Shown here: positions 8,983-22,200 of the stretch, one piece after another
Position numbering within the stretch: position 1 is the first letter of the stretch
How the letters are laid out: each line of letters starts with the position of its first letter
Source of the DNA: Eledone cirrhosa
Lineage: Eukaryota
Length of the DNA: 64,000 nucleotides
Reading direction: 5' to 3'
Assembly: GCA_964016885.1 (NCBI GenBank)
Contig: OZ024741.1
Span: forward strand, 398,164,001 to 398,228,000
Position numbers and translations under genes: made by a program
The notes under the pieces: generated by a model
Databases searched by the model: none
Told to the model about the DNA's origin: nothing
What the model saw: only the letters and a program-made list of their open reading frames with translations

Positions 8983-9352
8983 TGTTGGTGGTGGTGGTGT
9001 TGATGATGGTGGTGTTGGTTATGGTGGTGGTGTTGATGATGGTGGTGGTGTTGATGATGGTGGTGGTGGTGTTGATGGTGGTGGTGTTGGTGGTGGTGGT
9101 GTTGATGATGGTGGTGTTGATGATGGTGGTGTTGATAATGGTGGTGTTGGTGATGGTGGTGGTGTTGGTGTTGATGGTGGTGTTGATGGTGGTGGTGGTG
9201 GTGTTGATGGTGGTGGTGTTGGTGGTGGTGGTGGTGGTGGTGGTGGTGGTGGTGGTGTTGATGGTGGTGGTGGTGTTGATGGTGGTGTTGGTGGTGGTGT
9301 TGGTGGTGGTGTTGGTGGTGGTGTTGGTGGTGGTGTTGGTGGTGTTGGTGTG
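8983..9352. repeat. (GGT/GAT/GTT)n trinucleotide microsatellite
   Basis: Read directly. Produces the poly-V and poly-P/T ORFs. Confidence 0.95.
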
Positions 9353-9575
9353 GGGCTTGAGGATTTATCCCAAAAATATGAAAACCTAATCAAATCAATT
9401 GTGAATAAGAAATAAACATGTGTTCTATTTGGTCTTAGAAACAAAACCAGGTGTTATTGAGGTTTTGTGAGAGTAGGGGTAGTGAGATGATCTGATAAAT
9501 GGGGGAGAAGGGGGCATGTAAACAAAGTGGAATGGAGTGGTCAGAACAAACACCCACATTTGTTCTAAAAGAGAA

Positions 9576-9816
9576 ACATACATATACATTTACACACATA
9601 CATATATACAGATTTACTCATGCAGACACACACACACACACACATGCGTATACATGTACACTCACACACATATACACACACATATACATGCACACATACA
9701 TATATACACACATTCATAGACACACACATACATATACACACATGCGCACACATATACATACACATACATGTACACATATACACACATACACATATAGACA
9801 CATGTACACACATACA

Positions 9817-9861
<45 letters not shown>

Positions 9862-9872
9862 CACACAGACAC
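9576..9872. repeat. (CA)n/(TA)n compound microsatellite
   Basis: Read directly from the sequence. Confidence 0.95.
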
Positions 9873-9955
9873 TACTTCTTCACTTCATTGAGAAATGTCA
9901 ATAATATTTTATGACACTCTTGCACATGACCATTTTGTCCCTGGGGTGCAGCCAA

Positions 9956-10011
9956 AACACTGCCCTGACTTAGGTGTAGAGTCAACACTGCCCTGACTTA
10001 GGTGTAGGGTC
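9956..10011. repeat. 28-bp tandem duplication
   Basis: aacactgccctgacttaggtgtag.gtc occurs at 9956 and 9984. Confidence 0.9.
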
Positions 10012-10073
10012 TCTCATCATCTCCCTTTCCCCTTTTCTTTCATTGCCTAATAACCCTTTCCTTTTTCCTCTCA

Positions 10074-10222
10074 TCTGAGTTCAAATCCCGCGGAAGTTAG
10101 TTTAGTCTTGCATCCGTACGGGGTCGATAAAATAAAGTACCAGCATCATACTGGGGTCGAATTAATCAAATGTCCCCCCCCCCCCCCATAAAATTACTGG
10201 CCTCGTGCCTAAAATAGAAATC
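10074..10222 (+). mobile_element. tRNA-type SINE, copy 3, lacking its 5' end
   Basis: tctgagttcaaatcc (B-box-like)...ggggtcgataaaataaagtaccag...ggcctcgtgcctaaa, inverted relative to copies 1 and 2. Confidence 0.8.
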
Positions 10223-10263
10223 ATATTTCTTCCAGTTCATGATTAGTTTCAAAGTTAATTTAA

Positions 10264-13200
10264 ACAGAATGACAGTGTGTCTCCTTAGCAATACTGGAAG
10301 AAAAGGGTTAATATTACAGAATGACAGTGTGTCTCCTTAGCAATACTGGAAGAAAAGGGTTAATATTACAGAATGACAGTGTGTCTCCTTAGCAATACTG
10401 GAACAAAAGGGTTAATATTACAGAATGACAGTGTGTCTCCTTAGCAATACTGGAAGAAAAGGGTTAATATTACAGAATGACAGTGTGTCTCCTTAGCAAT
10501 ACTGGAAGAAAAGGGTTAATATTACAGAATGACAGTGTGTCTCCTTAGCAATAGTGGAACAAAAGGGTTAATATTACAGAATGACAGTGTGTCTCCTTCG
10601 CAATACTGGAACAAAAGGGTTAATATTACAGAATGACAGTGTGTCTCCTTAGCAATACTGGAACAAAAGGGTTAATATTACAGAATGACAGTGTGTCTCC
10701 TTAGCAATACTGGAACAAAAGGGTTAATATTACAGAATGACAGTGTGTCTCCTTAGCAATACTGGAACAAAAGGGTTAATATTACAGAATGACAGTGTGT
10801 CTCCTTAGCAATACTGGAAGAAAAGGGTTAATATTACAGAATGACAGTGTGTCTCCTTAGCAATACTGGAACAAAAAGGTTAATATTACAGAATGACAGT
10901 GTGTCTCCTTAGCAATACTGGAACAAAAGGGTTAATATTACAGAATGGCAGTGTGTCTCCTTAGCAATACTGGAACAAAAAGGTTAATATTACAGAATGA
11001 CAGTGTGTCTCCTTAGCAATACTGGAACAAAAGGGTCAATATTACAGAATGACAGTGTGTCTCCTTAGCAATACTGGAAGAAAAGGGTTAATATTACAGA
11101 ATGACAGTGTGTCTCCTTAGCAATACTGGAACAAAAAGGTTAATATTACAGAATGACAGTGTGTCTCCTTAGCAATACTGGAACAAAAGGGTTAATATTA
11201 CAGAATGACAGTGTGTCTCCTTAGCAATACTGGAACAAAAGGGTTAATATTACAGAATGACAGTGTGTCTCCTTAGCAATACTGGAAGAAAAGGGTTAAT
11301 ATTACAGAATGACAGTGTGTCTCCATAGCAATACTGGAACAAAAGGGTTAATATTACAGAATGACAGTGTGTCTCCTTAGCAATACTGGAAGAAAAGGGT
11401 TAATATTACAGAATGACAGTGTGTCTCCTTAGCAATACTGGAACAAAAGGGTTAATATTACAGAATGACAGTGTGTCTCCTTAGCAATACTGGAACAAAA
11501 GGGTTAATATTACAGAATGACAGTGTGTCTCCTTAGCAATACTGGAACAAAAGGGTTAATATTACAGAATGACAGTGTGTCTCCTTAGCAATACTGGAAG
11601 AAAAGGGTTAATATTACAGAATGACAGTGTGTCTCCTTAGCAATACTGGAACAAAAAGGTTAATATTACAGAATGACAGTGTGTCTCCTTAGCAATACTG
11701 GAACAAAAGGGTTAATATTACAGAATGGCAGTGTGTCTCCTTAGCAATACTGGAACAAAAGGGTTAATATTACAGAATGACAGTGTGTCTCCTTAGCATT
11801 ACTGGAACAAAAGGGTTAATATTACAGAATGACAGTGTGTCTCCTTAGCAAAACTAGAACAAAAGGGTTAATATTACAGAATGGCAGTGTGTCTCCTTAG
11901 CAATACTGGAACAAAAGGGTTAATATTACAGAATGTCAGTGTGTCTCTTTAACAATACTGGAACAAAAGGGTTAATATTACAGAATGACAGTGTGTCTTC
12001 TTAGCAATACTGGAACAAAAGGGTTAATATTACAGAATGACAGTGTGTCTTCTTAGCAATACTGGAACAAAAGGGTTAATATTACAGAATGACAGTGTGT
12101 CTCCTTAGCAATACTGTAACAAAAGGGTTAATATTACAGAATGACAGTGTGTTTCCTTAGCAATACTGGAACAAAAGGGTTAATATTACAGAATGACAGT
12201 GTGTCTCCTTAGCAATACTGGAACAAAAGGGTTAATATTACAGAATGACAGTGTGTCTCCTTAGCAATACTGGAACAAAAGGGTTAATATTACAGAATGA
12301 CAGTGTGTTTCCTTAGCAATACTGAAACAAAAGGGTTAATATTACAGAATGACAGTGTGCCTCCTTAGCAATACTGGAACAAAAGGGTTCATATTACAGA
12401 ATGACAGTGTGTCTCCTTAGCAATACTAGAACAAAAGGGTTAATATTACAGAATGGCAGTGTGTCTCCTTAGCAATACTGGAACAAAAGGGTTGATATTA
12501 CAGAATGGCAGTGTGTTTCCTTAGCATTACTGGAACAAAAGGGTTAATATTACAGAATGACAGTGTGTCTCCTTAGCAATACTGGAACAAAAGGGTTAAT
12601 ATTGCAGAATGACAGTGTGTTTCCTTAGCAATACTGGAACAAAAGGGTTAATATTACAGAATGGCAGTGTGTCTCCTTAGCAATACTGGAACAAAAGGGT
12701 TAATATTACAGAATGTCAGTGTGTCTCCTTAGCAATACTGGAACAAAAGGGTTAATATTAGAGAATGTCAGTGTGTCTCCTTAGCAATACTGGAACAAAA
12801 GGGTTAATATTACAGAATGGCAGTGTGTTTTTATAGCAATACTAGAACAAAAGGGTTAATATTACAGAATGGCAGTGTGTCTCCTTCGCAATACTGGAAC
12901 AAAAGGGTTAATATTACAGAATGACAGTGTGTCTGCTTAGCAATATGGGAACAAAAGGGTTAATATTACAGAATGACAGTGTGTCTCTTTAACAATACTG
13001 GAACAAAAGGGCTAATATTACAGAATGACAGTGTGTCTCCTTAGCAATACTGGAACAAAAGGGTTGATATTACAGGATGGCAGTGTGTTTCCTTAGCATT
13101 ACTGGAACAAACGGGTTAATATTACAGAATGACAGTGTGTTTCCTTAGCAATACTGGAACAAAAGGGTTAATATTACAGAATGACAGTGTGTCTCCTTAG

Positions 13201-16200
13201 CAATACTGGAACAAAAGGGTTAATATTACAGAATGGCAGTGTGTCTCCTTAGCAATACTGGAACAAAAGGGTTAATATTACAGAATGACAGTGTGTCTCC
13301 TTAGCAATACTGGAACAAAAGGGTTAATATTACAGAATGACGTTGTGTTTCCTTAGCAATACTGGAACAAAATGATTAATATTACAGAATGGCAGTGTGT
13401 TTCCTTAGCAATACTGGAACAAAAGGGTTAATATTACAGAATGGCAGTGTGTCCTTAGCAATACTGGAACAAAAGGGTTAATATTACAGAATGGCAGTGT
13501 GTTTCCTTAGCAATACTGGGACAAAAGGGTTAATATTACAGAATCGCAGTGTCTTTCCTTAGCAATACTGTAAGAAAAGGGTTAATATTACAGAATGACA
13601 GTGTGTTTCCTTAGCAATACTGGAACAAAAGGGTTAATATTACAGAATGACAGTGTGTCTCCTTAGCAATACTGGAACAAAAGGGTTAATATTACAAAAT
13701 GACAGTGTGTCTCCTTAGCAATACGGAACAGAAGGGTTAATATTACAGAATGACAGTGTGTCTTCTTAGCAATACTGGAACAAAAGGGTTAATATTACAG
13801 AATGACAGTGTGTCTTCTTAGCAATACTGGAACAAAAGGGTTAATATTACAGAATGACAGTGTGTCTCCTTAGCAATACTGTAACAAAAGGGTTAATATT
13901 ACAGAATGACAGTGTGTTTCCTTAGCAATACTGGAACAAAAGGGTTAATATTACAGAATGACAGTGTGTCTCCTTAGCAATACTGGAACGAAAGGGTTAA
14001 TATTACAGAATGACAGTGTGTCTCTTTAACAATACTGTAACAAAAGGGTTAATATTACAGAATGACAGTGTGTCTCCTTAGCAATACTAGAACAAAAGGG
14101 TTAATATTACAGAATGGCAGTGTGTCTCCTTAGCAATACTGGAACAAAAGGGTTAATATTACAGAATGGCAGTGTGTATCCTTAGCAATACTGGAACAAA
14201 AGGGTTAATATTACAGAATGGCAGTGTGTTTTTATAGCAATACTAGAACAAAAGGGTTAATATTACAGAATGGCAGTGTGTCTCCTTCGCAATACTGGAA
14301 CAAAAGGGTTAATATTACAGAATGACAGTGTGTCTGCTTAGCAATATGGGAACAAAAGGGTTAATATTACAGAATGACAGTGTGTCTCCTTAGCAATACT
14401 GGAACAAAAGGGTTAATATTACAGTATGGCAGTGTGTCTCCTTAGCAATACTGGAACAAAAGGGTTAATATTACAGAATGGCAGTGTGTCTCCTTCGCAA
14501 TATGGGAACAAAAGGGTTAATATTACAGAATGACAGTGTGTCTCCTTAGCAATACTAGAACAAAAGGGTTAATATTACAGAATGACAGTGTGTCTCCTTA
14601 GCAATACTGGAACAAAAGGGTTAATATTACAGAATGACAGTGTGTCTCCTTAGCAATACTGGAACAAAAGGGTTAATATTACAGAATGGCAGTGTGTCTC
14701 CTTAGCAATACTGGAACAAAAGGGTTAATATTACAGAATGACAGTGTGTCTCCTTAGCCAAACTAGAACAAAAGGGTTAATATTACAGAATGGCAGTGTG
14801 TCTCCTTAGCAATACTGGAACAAAAGGGTTAATATTACAGAATGTCAGTGTGTCTCCTTAGCAATACTGGAACAAAAGGGTTAATATTACAGAATGGCAG
14901 TGTGTTTTTATAGCAATACTAGAACAAAAGGGTTAATATTACAGAATGGCAGTGTGTCTCCTTCGCAATACTGGAACAAAAGGGTTAATATTACAGAATG
15001 GCAGTGTGTCTCCTTAGCAATACTGGAACAAAAGGGTTAATATCACAGAATGACAGTGTGTCTCCTTAGCAATACTGGAACAAAAGGGTTAATATTACAG
15101 AATGACAGTGTGTCTCTTTAACAATACTGGAACAAAAGGGTTAATATTACAGAATGACAGTGTGTCTCCTTAGCAATACTAGAACAAAAGGGTTAATATT
15201 ACAGAATGGCAGTGTGTCTCCTTAGCAATACTGGAACAAAAGGGTTAATATTACAGAATGTCAGTGTGTCTCCTTAGCAATACTGGAACAAAAGGGTTAA
15301 TATTACAGAATGGCAGTGTGTTTTTATAGCAATACTAGAACAAAAGGGTTAATATTACAGAATGGCAGTGTGTCTCCTTAGCAATACTGGAACAAAAGGG
15401 TTAATATTACAGAATGGCAGTGTGTTTTTATAGCAATACTAGAACAAAAGGGTTAATATTACAGAATGGCAGTGTGTCTCCTTCGCAATACTGGAACAAA
15501 AGGGTTAATATTACAGAATGACAGTATGTCTGCTTAGCAATATGGGAACAAAAGGGATAATATTACAGAATGACAGTGTGTCTCCTTAGCAATACTGGAA
15601 CAAAAGGGTTAATATTACAGAATGACAGTGTGTCTCTTTAACAATACTGGAACAAAAGGGTTAATATTACAGAATGACAGTGTGTCTCTTTAACAATACT
15701 GGAACAAAAGGGTTAATATTACAGAATGACAGTGTGGCTCCTTAGCAATACTAGAACAAAAGGGTTAATATTACAGTATGACAGTGTGTCTCTTTAACAA
15801 TACTGGAACAAAAGGGTTAATATTACAGAATGACAGTGTGTCTCCTTAGCAATACTAGAACAAAAGGGTTAATATTACAGAATGGCAGTGTGTCTCCTTA
15901 GCAATACTGGAACAAAAGGGTTAATATTACAGAATGTCAGTGTGTCTCCTTAGCAATACTGGAACAAAAGGGTTAATATTACAGAATGGCAGTGTGTTTT
16001 TATAGCAATACTAGAACAAAAGGGTTAATATTACAGAATGGCAGTGTGTCTCCTTCGCAATACTGGAACAAAACGGTTAATATTACAGAATGACAGTGTG
16101 GCTGCTTAGCAATATGGGAACAAAAGGGTTAATATTACAGATTGACAGTGTGTCTCCTTAGCAATACTGTAACAAAAGGGTTAATATTACAGAATGACAG

Positions 16201-19200
16201 TGTGTCTCCTTAGCAATACTGGAACAAAAGGGTTGATATTACAGAATGACAGTGTGCCTCCTTAGCAATACTGTAACAAAAGGGTTAATATTACAGAATG
16301 ACAGTGTGTCTCCTTAGCAATACTAGAACAAAAGGGTTAATATTACAGAATGGCAGTGTGTCTCCTTAGCAATACTGGAACAAAAGGGTTAATATTACAG
16401 AATGTCAGTGTGTCTCCTTAGCAATACTGGAACAAAAGGGTTAATATTACAGAATGGCAGTGTGTTTTTATAGCAATACTAGAACAAAAGGGTTAATATT
16501 ACAGAATGGCAGTGTGTCTCCTTCGCAATACTGGAACAAAACGGTTAATATTACAGAATGACAGTGTGGCTGCTTAGCAATATGGGAACAAAAGGGTTAA
16601 TATTACAGAATGACAGTGTGTCTCTTTAACAATACTGGAACAAAAGGGTTAATATTACAGAATGACAGTGTGTCTCCTTAGCAATACTGGAACAAAAGGG
16701 TTGATATTACAGAATGGCAGTGTGTTTCCTCAGCATTACTGGAACAAAAGGGTTAATATTACAGAATGACAGTGTGTTTCCTTAGCAATACTGGAACAAA
16801 AGGCTTAATATTACAGAATGACAGTGTGTCTTCTTAGCAATACTGGAACAAAAGGGTTAATATTACAGAATGACAGTGTGTCTCCTTAGCAATACTGGAA
16901 CAAAAGGGTTAATATTACAGAATGACAGTGTGTTTCCTTAGCAATACTGGAACAAAAGGGTTAATATTACAGAATGGCAGTGTGCCTCCTTAGCAATACT
17001 GTAACAAAAGGGTTAATATTACAGAATGACAGTGTGTCTCCTTAGCAATACTAGAACAAAAGGGTTAATATTACAGAATGGCAGTGTGTCTCCTTAGCAA
17101 TACTGGAACAAAAGGGTTAATATTACAGAATGGCAGTGTGTCTCCTTAGCAATACTGGAACAAAAGGGTTAATATTACAGAATGTCAGTGTGTCTCCTTA
17201 GCAATACTGGAACAAAAGGGTTAATATTACAGAATGGCAGTGTGTTTTTATAGCAATACTAGAACAAAAGGGTTAATATTACAGAATGGCAGTGTGTCTC
17301 CTTCGCAATACTGGAACAAAAGGGTTAATATTACAGAATGGCAGTGTGTCTCCTTAGCAATACTGGAACAAAAGGGTTAATATCACAGAATGACAGTGTG
17401 TCTCCTTAGCAATACTAGAACAAAAGGGTTAATATTACAGAATGACAGTGTGTCTCTTTAACAATACTGTAACAAAAGAGTTAATATTACAGAATGACAG
17501 TGTGTCTCCTTAGCAATACTAGAACAAAAGGGTTAATATTACAGAATGGCAGTGTGTCTCCTTAGCAATACTGGAACAAAAGGGTTAATATTACAGAATG
17601 TCAGTGTGTCTCCTTAGCAATACTGGAACAAAAGGGTTAATATTACAGAATGGCAGTGTGTTTTTATAGCAATACTAGAACAAAAGGGTTAATATTACAG
17701 AATGGCAGTGTGTCTCCTTCGCAATACTGGAACAAAAGGGTTAATATTACAGAATGACAGTGTGTCTGCTTAGCAATATGGGAACAAAAGGGTTAATATT
17801 ACAGAATGAAAAAGTGTCTACTTAGCAATACTGGAACAAAAGGGTTAATATTAGAGAATGGCAGTGTGTTTTTATAGCAATACTAGAACAAAAGGGTTAA
17901 TATTACAGAATGGCAGTGTGTTTTTATAGCAATACTAGAACAAAAGGGTTAATATTACAGAATGGCAGTGTGTATCCTTCGCAATACTGGAACAAAAGGG
18001 TTAATATTACAGAATGACAGTGTGTCTCCTTAGCAATACTAGAACAAAAGGGTTAATATTACAGAATGGCAGTGTGTCTCCTTAGCAATACTGGAACAAA
18101 AGGGTTAATATTACAGAATGTCAGTGTGTCTCCTTAGCAATACTGGAACAAAAGGATTAATATTACAGAATGGCAGTGTGTTTTTATAGCAATACTAGAA
18201 CAAAAGGGTTAATATTACAGAATGGCAGTGTGTCTCCTTCGCAATACTGGAACAAAAGGGTTAATATTAGAGAATGACAGTGTGTCTCCTTAGCAATACT
18301 GGAACAAAAGGGTTAATATTACAGAATGACAGTGTTTCTCCTTAGCAATACTAGAACAAAAGGGTTAATATTACAGAATGACAGTGTGTCTCTTTAACAA
18401 TACTGGAACAAAAGGGTTAATATTACAGAATGACAGTGTGTCTCCTTAGCAATACTGGAACAAAAGGGTTGATATTACAGAATGGCAGTGTGTTTCCTTA
18501 GCATTACTGGAACAAAAGGGTTAATATTACAGAATGACAGTGTGTCTCCTTAGCAATACTGGAACAAAAGGGTTAATATTACAGAATGGCAGTGTGTCTC
18601 CTTAGCAATACTGGAACAAAAGGGTTAATATTACAGAATGGCAGTGTGTATCCTTAGCAATACTGGAACAAAAGGGTTAATATTACAGAATGGCAGTGTG
18701 TTTTTATAGCAATACTAGAACAAAAGGGTTAATATTACAGAATGGCAGTGTGTCTCCTTCGCAATACTGGAACAAAAGGGTTAATATTACAGAATGACAG
18801 TGTGTCTGCTTAGCAATATGGGAACAAAAGGGTTAATATTACAGAATGACAGTGTGTTTCCTTAGCAATACTGGAACAAAAGGGTTAATATTACAGAATG
18901 GCAGTGTGTTTCCTTAGCAATACTGGAACAAAAGGGTTAATATTACAGAATGACAGTGTGTTTCCTTAGCAATACTGGAACAAAAGGGTTAATATTACAG
19001 AATGGCAGTGTGTTTCCTTAGCAATACTGGAACAAAAGGGTTAATATTACAGAATGACAGTGTGTTTCCTTAGCAATACTGGAACAAAAGGGTTAATATG
19101 ACAGAATGGCAGTGTGTCCTTAGCAATACTGGAACAAAAGGGTTAATATTACAGAATGGCAGTGTGTTTCCTTAGCAATACTGGGACAAAAGGGTTAATA

Positions 19201-22200
19201 TTACAGAATGGCAGTGTCTTTCCTTAGCAATACTGTAAGAAAAGGGTTAATATTACAGAATGACAGTGTGTTTCCTTAGCAATACTGGAACAAAAGGGTT
19301 AATATGACAGAATGACAGTGTGTCTCCTTAGCAATACTGGAACAAAAGGGTTAATATTACAAAATGACAGTGTGTCTCCTTAGCAATACGGAACAGAAGG
19401 GTTAATATTACAGAATGACAGTGTGTCTTCTTAGCAATACTGGAACAAAAGGGTTAATATTACAGAATGACAGTGTGTCTCCTTAGCAATACTGGAACAA
19501 AAGGGTTAATATTACAGAATGACAGTGTGTCTCCTTAGCAATACTGGAACGAAAGGGTTAATATTACAGAATGACAGTGTGTCTCCTTAGCAATACTGGA
19601 ACAAAAGGGTTAATATTACAGAATGGCAGTGTGTCTCCTTCGCAATACTGGAACAAAAGGGTTAATATTACAGAATGACAGTGTGTCTGCTTAGCAATAT
19701 GGGAACAAAAGGGTTAATATTACAGAATGACAGTGTGTCTCCTTAGCAATACTAGAACAAAAGGGTTAATATTACAGAATGACAGTGTGTCTCTTTAACA
19801 ATACTTGTACAAAAGGGTTAATATTACAGAATGGCAGTGTGTATCCTTAGCAATACTGGAACAAAAGGGTTAATATTACAGAATGGCAGTGTGTTTTTAT
19901 AGCAATACTAGAACAAAAGGGTTAATATTACAGAATGGCAGTGTGTCTCCTTCGCAATACTGGAACAAAAGGCTTAATATTACAGAATGACAGTGTGTCT
20001 GCTTAGCAATATGGGAACAAAAGGGTTAATATTACAGAATGACAGTGTGTCTCCTTAGCAATACTGGAACAAAAGGGTTAATATTACAGTATGGCAGTGT
20101 GTCTCCTTAGCAATACTGGAACAAAAGGGTTAATATTACAGAATGGCAGTGTGTCTCCTTCGCAATACTGGAACAAAAGGGTTAATATTACAGAATGACA
20201 GTGTGTCTGCTTAGCAATAAGGGAACAAAAGGGTTAATATTACAGAATGACAGTGTGTCTCCTTAGCAATACTAGAACAAAAGGGTTAATATTACAGAAT
20301 GACAGTGTGTCTCTTTAACAATACTGGAACAAAAGGGTTAATATTACAGAATGACAGTGTGTCTCCTTAGCAATACTGGAACAAAAGGGTTGATATTACA
20401 GAATGGCAGTGTGTTTCCTTAGCATTACTGGAACAAAAGGGTTAATATTACAGAATGACAGTGTGTTTCCTTAGCAATACTGGAACAAAAGGGTTAATAT
20501 TACAGAATGACAGTGTGTCTCCTTAGCAATACTGGAACAAAAGGGTTAATATTACAGAATGACAGTGTGTCTCCTTAGCAATACTGTAACAAAAGGGTTA
20601 ATATTACAGAATGACAGTGTGTCTCCTTAGCAATACTGGAACAAAAGGGTTAATATTACAGAATGACAGTGTGTCTCCTTAGCAATACTGGAACAAAAGG
20701 GTTAATATTACAGAATGGCAGTGTGTCTCCTTAGCAATACTGGAACAAAAGGGTTAATATTACAGAATGACTGTGTCTCCTTAGCAAAACTAGAACAAAA
20801 GGGTTAATATTACAGAATGGCAGTGTGTCTCCTTAGCAATACTGGAACAAAAGGGTTAATATTACAGAATGTCAGTGTGTCTCCTTAGCAATACTGGAAC
20901 AAAAGGGTTAATATTACAGAATGGCAGTGTGTTTTTATAGCAATACTAGAACAAAAGGGTTAATATTACAGAATGGCAGTGTGTCACCTTCGCAATACTG
21001 GAACAAAAGGGTTAATATTACAGAATGGCAGTGTGTCTCCTTAGCAATACTGGAACAAAAGGGTTAATATCACAGAATGACAGTGTGTCTCCTTAGCAAT
21101 ACTAGAACAAAAGGGTTAATATTACAGAATGGCAGTGTGTCTCCTTAGCAATACTGGAACAAAAGGGTTAATATTACAGAATGGCAGTGTGTTTTTATAG
21201 CAATACTAGAACAAAAGGGTTAATATTACAGAATGGCAGTGTGTCTCCTTAGCAATACTGGAACAAAAGGGTTAATATTACAGAATGGCAGTGTGTCCTT
21301 AGCAATACTGGAACAAAAGGGTTAATATTACAGAATGGCAGTGTGTTTCCTTAGCAATACTGGGACAAAAGGGTTAATATTACAGAATGGCAGTGTCTTT
21401 CCTTAGCAATACTGTAAGAAAAGGGTTAATATTACAGAATGACAGTGTGTTTCCTTAGCAATACTGGAACAAAAGGGTTAATATGACAGAATGACAGTGT
21501 GTCTCCTTAGCAATACTGGAACAAAAGGGTTAATATTACAAAATGACAGTGTGTCTCCTTAGCAATACGGAACAGAAGGGTTAATATTACAGAATGACAG
21601 TGTGCCTTCTTAGCAATACTGGAACAAAAGGGTTAATATTACAGAATGACAGTGTGTCTTCTTAGCAATACTGGAACAAAAGGGTTAATATTACAGAATG
21701 ATAGTGTGTCTCCTTAGCAATACTGGAACAAAAGGGTTAATATTACAGAATGACAGTGTGTCTCCTTAGCAATACTGTAACAAAAGGGTTAATATTACAG
21801 AATGACAGTGTGTCTCCTTAGCAATACTGGAACAAAAGGGTTAATATTACAGAATGACAGTGTGTCTCCTTAGCAATACTGGAACAAAAGGGTTAATATT
21901 ACAGAATGGTAGTGTGTCTCCTTAGCAATACTGGAACAAAAGGGTTAATATTACAGAATGACTGTGTCTCCTTAGCAAAACTAGAACAAAAGGGTTAATA
22001 TTACAGAATGGCAGTGTGTCTCCTTAGCAATACTGGAACAAAAGGGTTAATATTACAGAATGTCAGTGTGTCTCCTTAGCAATACTGGAACAAAAGGGTT
22101 AATATTACAGAATGGCAGTGTGTTTTTATAGCAATACTAGAACAAAAGGGTTAATATTACAGAATGGCAGTGTGTCACCTTCGCAATACTGGAACAAAAG

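Noticed and set aside
8982-9444. Extensin-like poly-Pro/Thr or poly-Val protein
   Set aside because: A pure trinucleotide microsatellite with no supporting gene structure.
10050-10062. taaccctttc as the partner TIR of the MITE at the satellite edge
   Set aside because: Preceded by ATAA rather than TTAA, lies in a pyrimidine-rich tract, and the match is too short.
10304-10311. Telomere-like AGGGTTA in each monomer
   Set aside because: Only 7 nt, never tandem TTAGGG, and better explained as a piggyBac-type AGGG|TTAA end.
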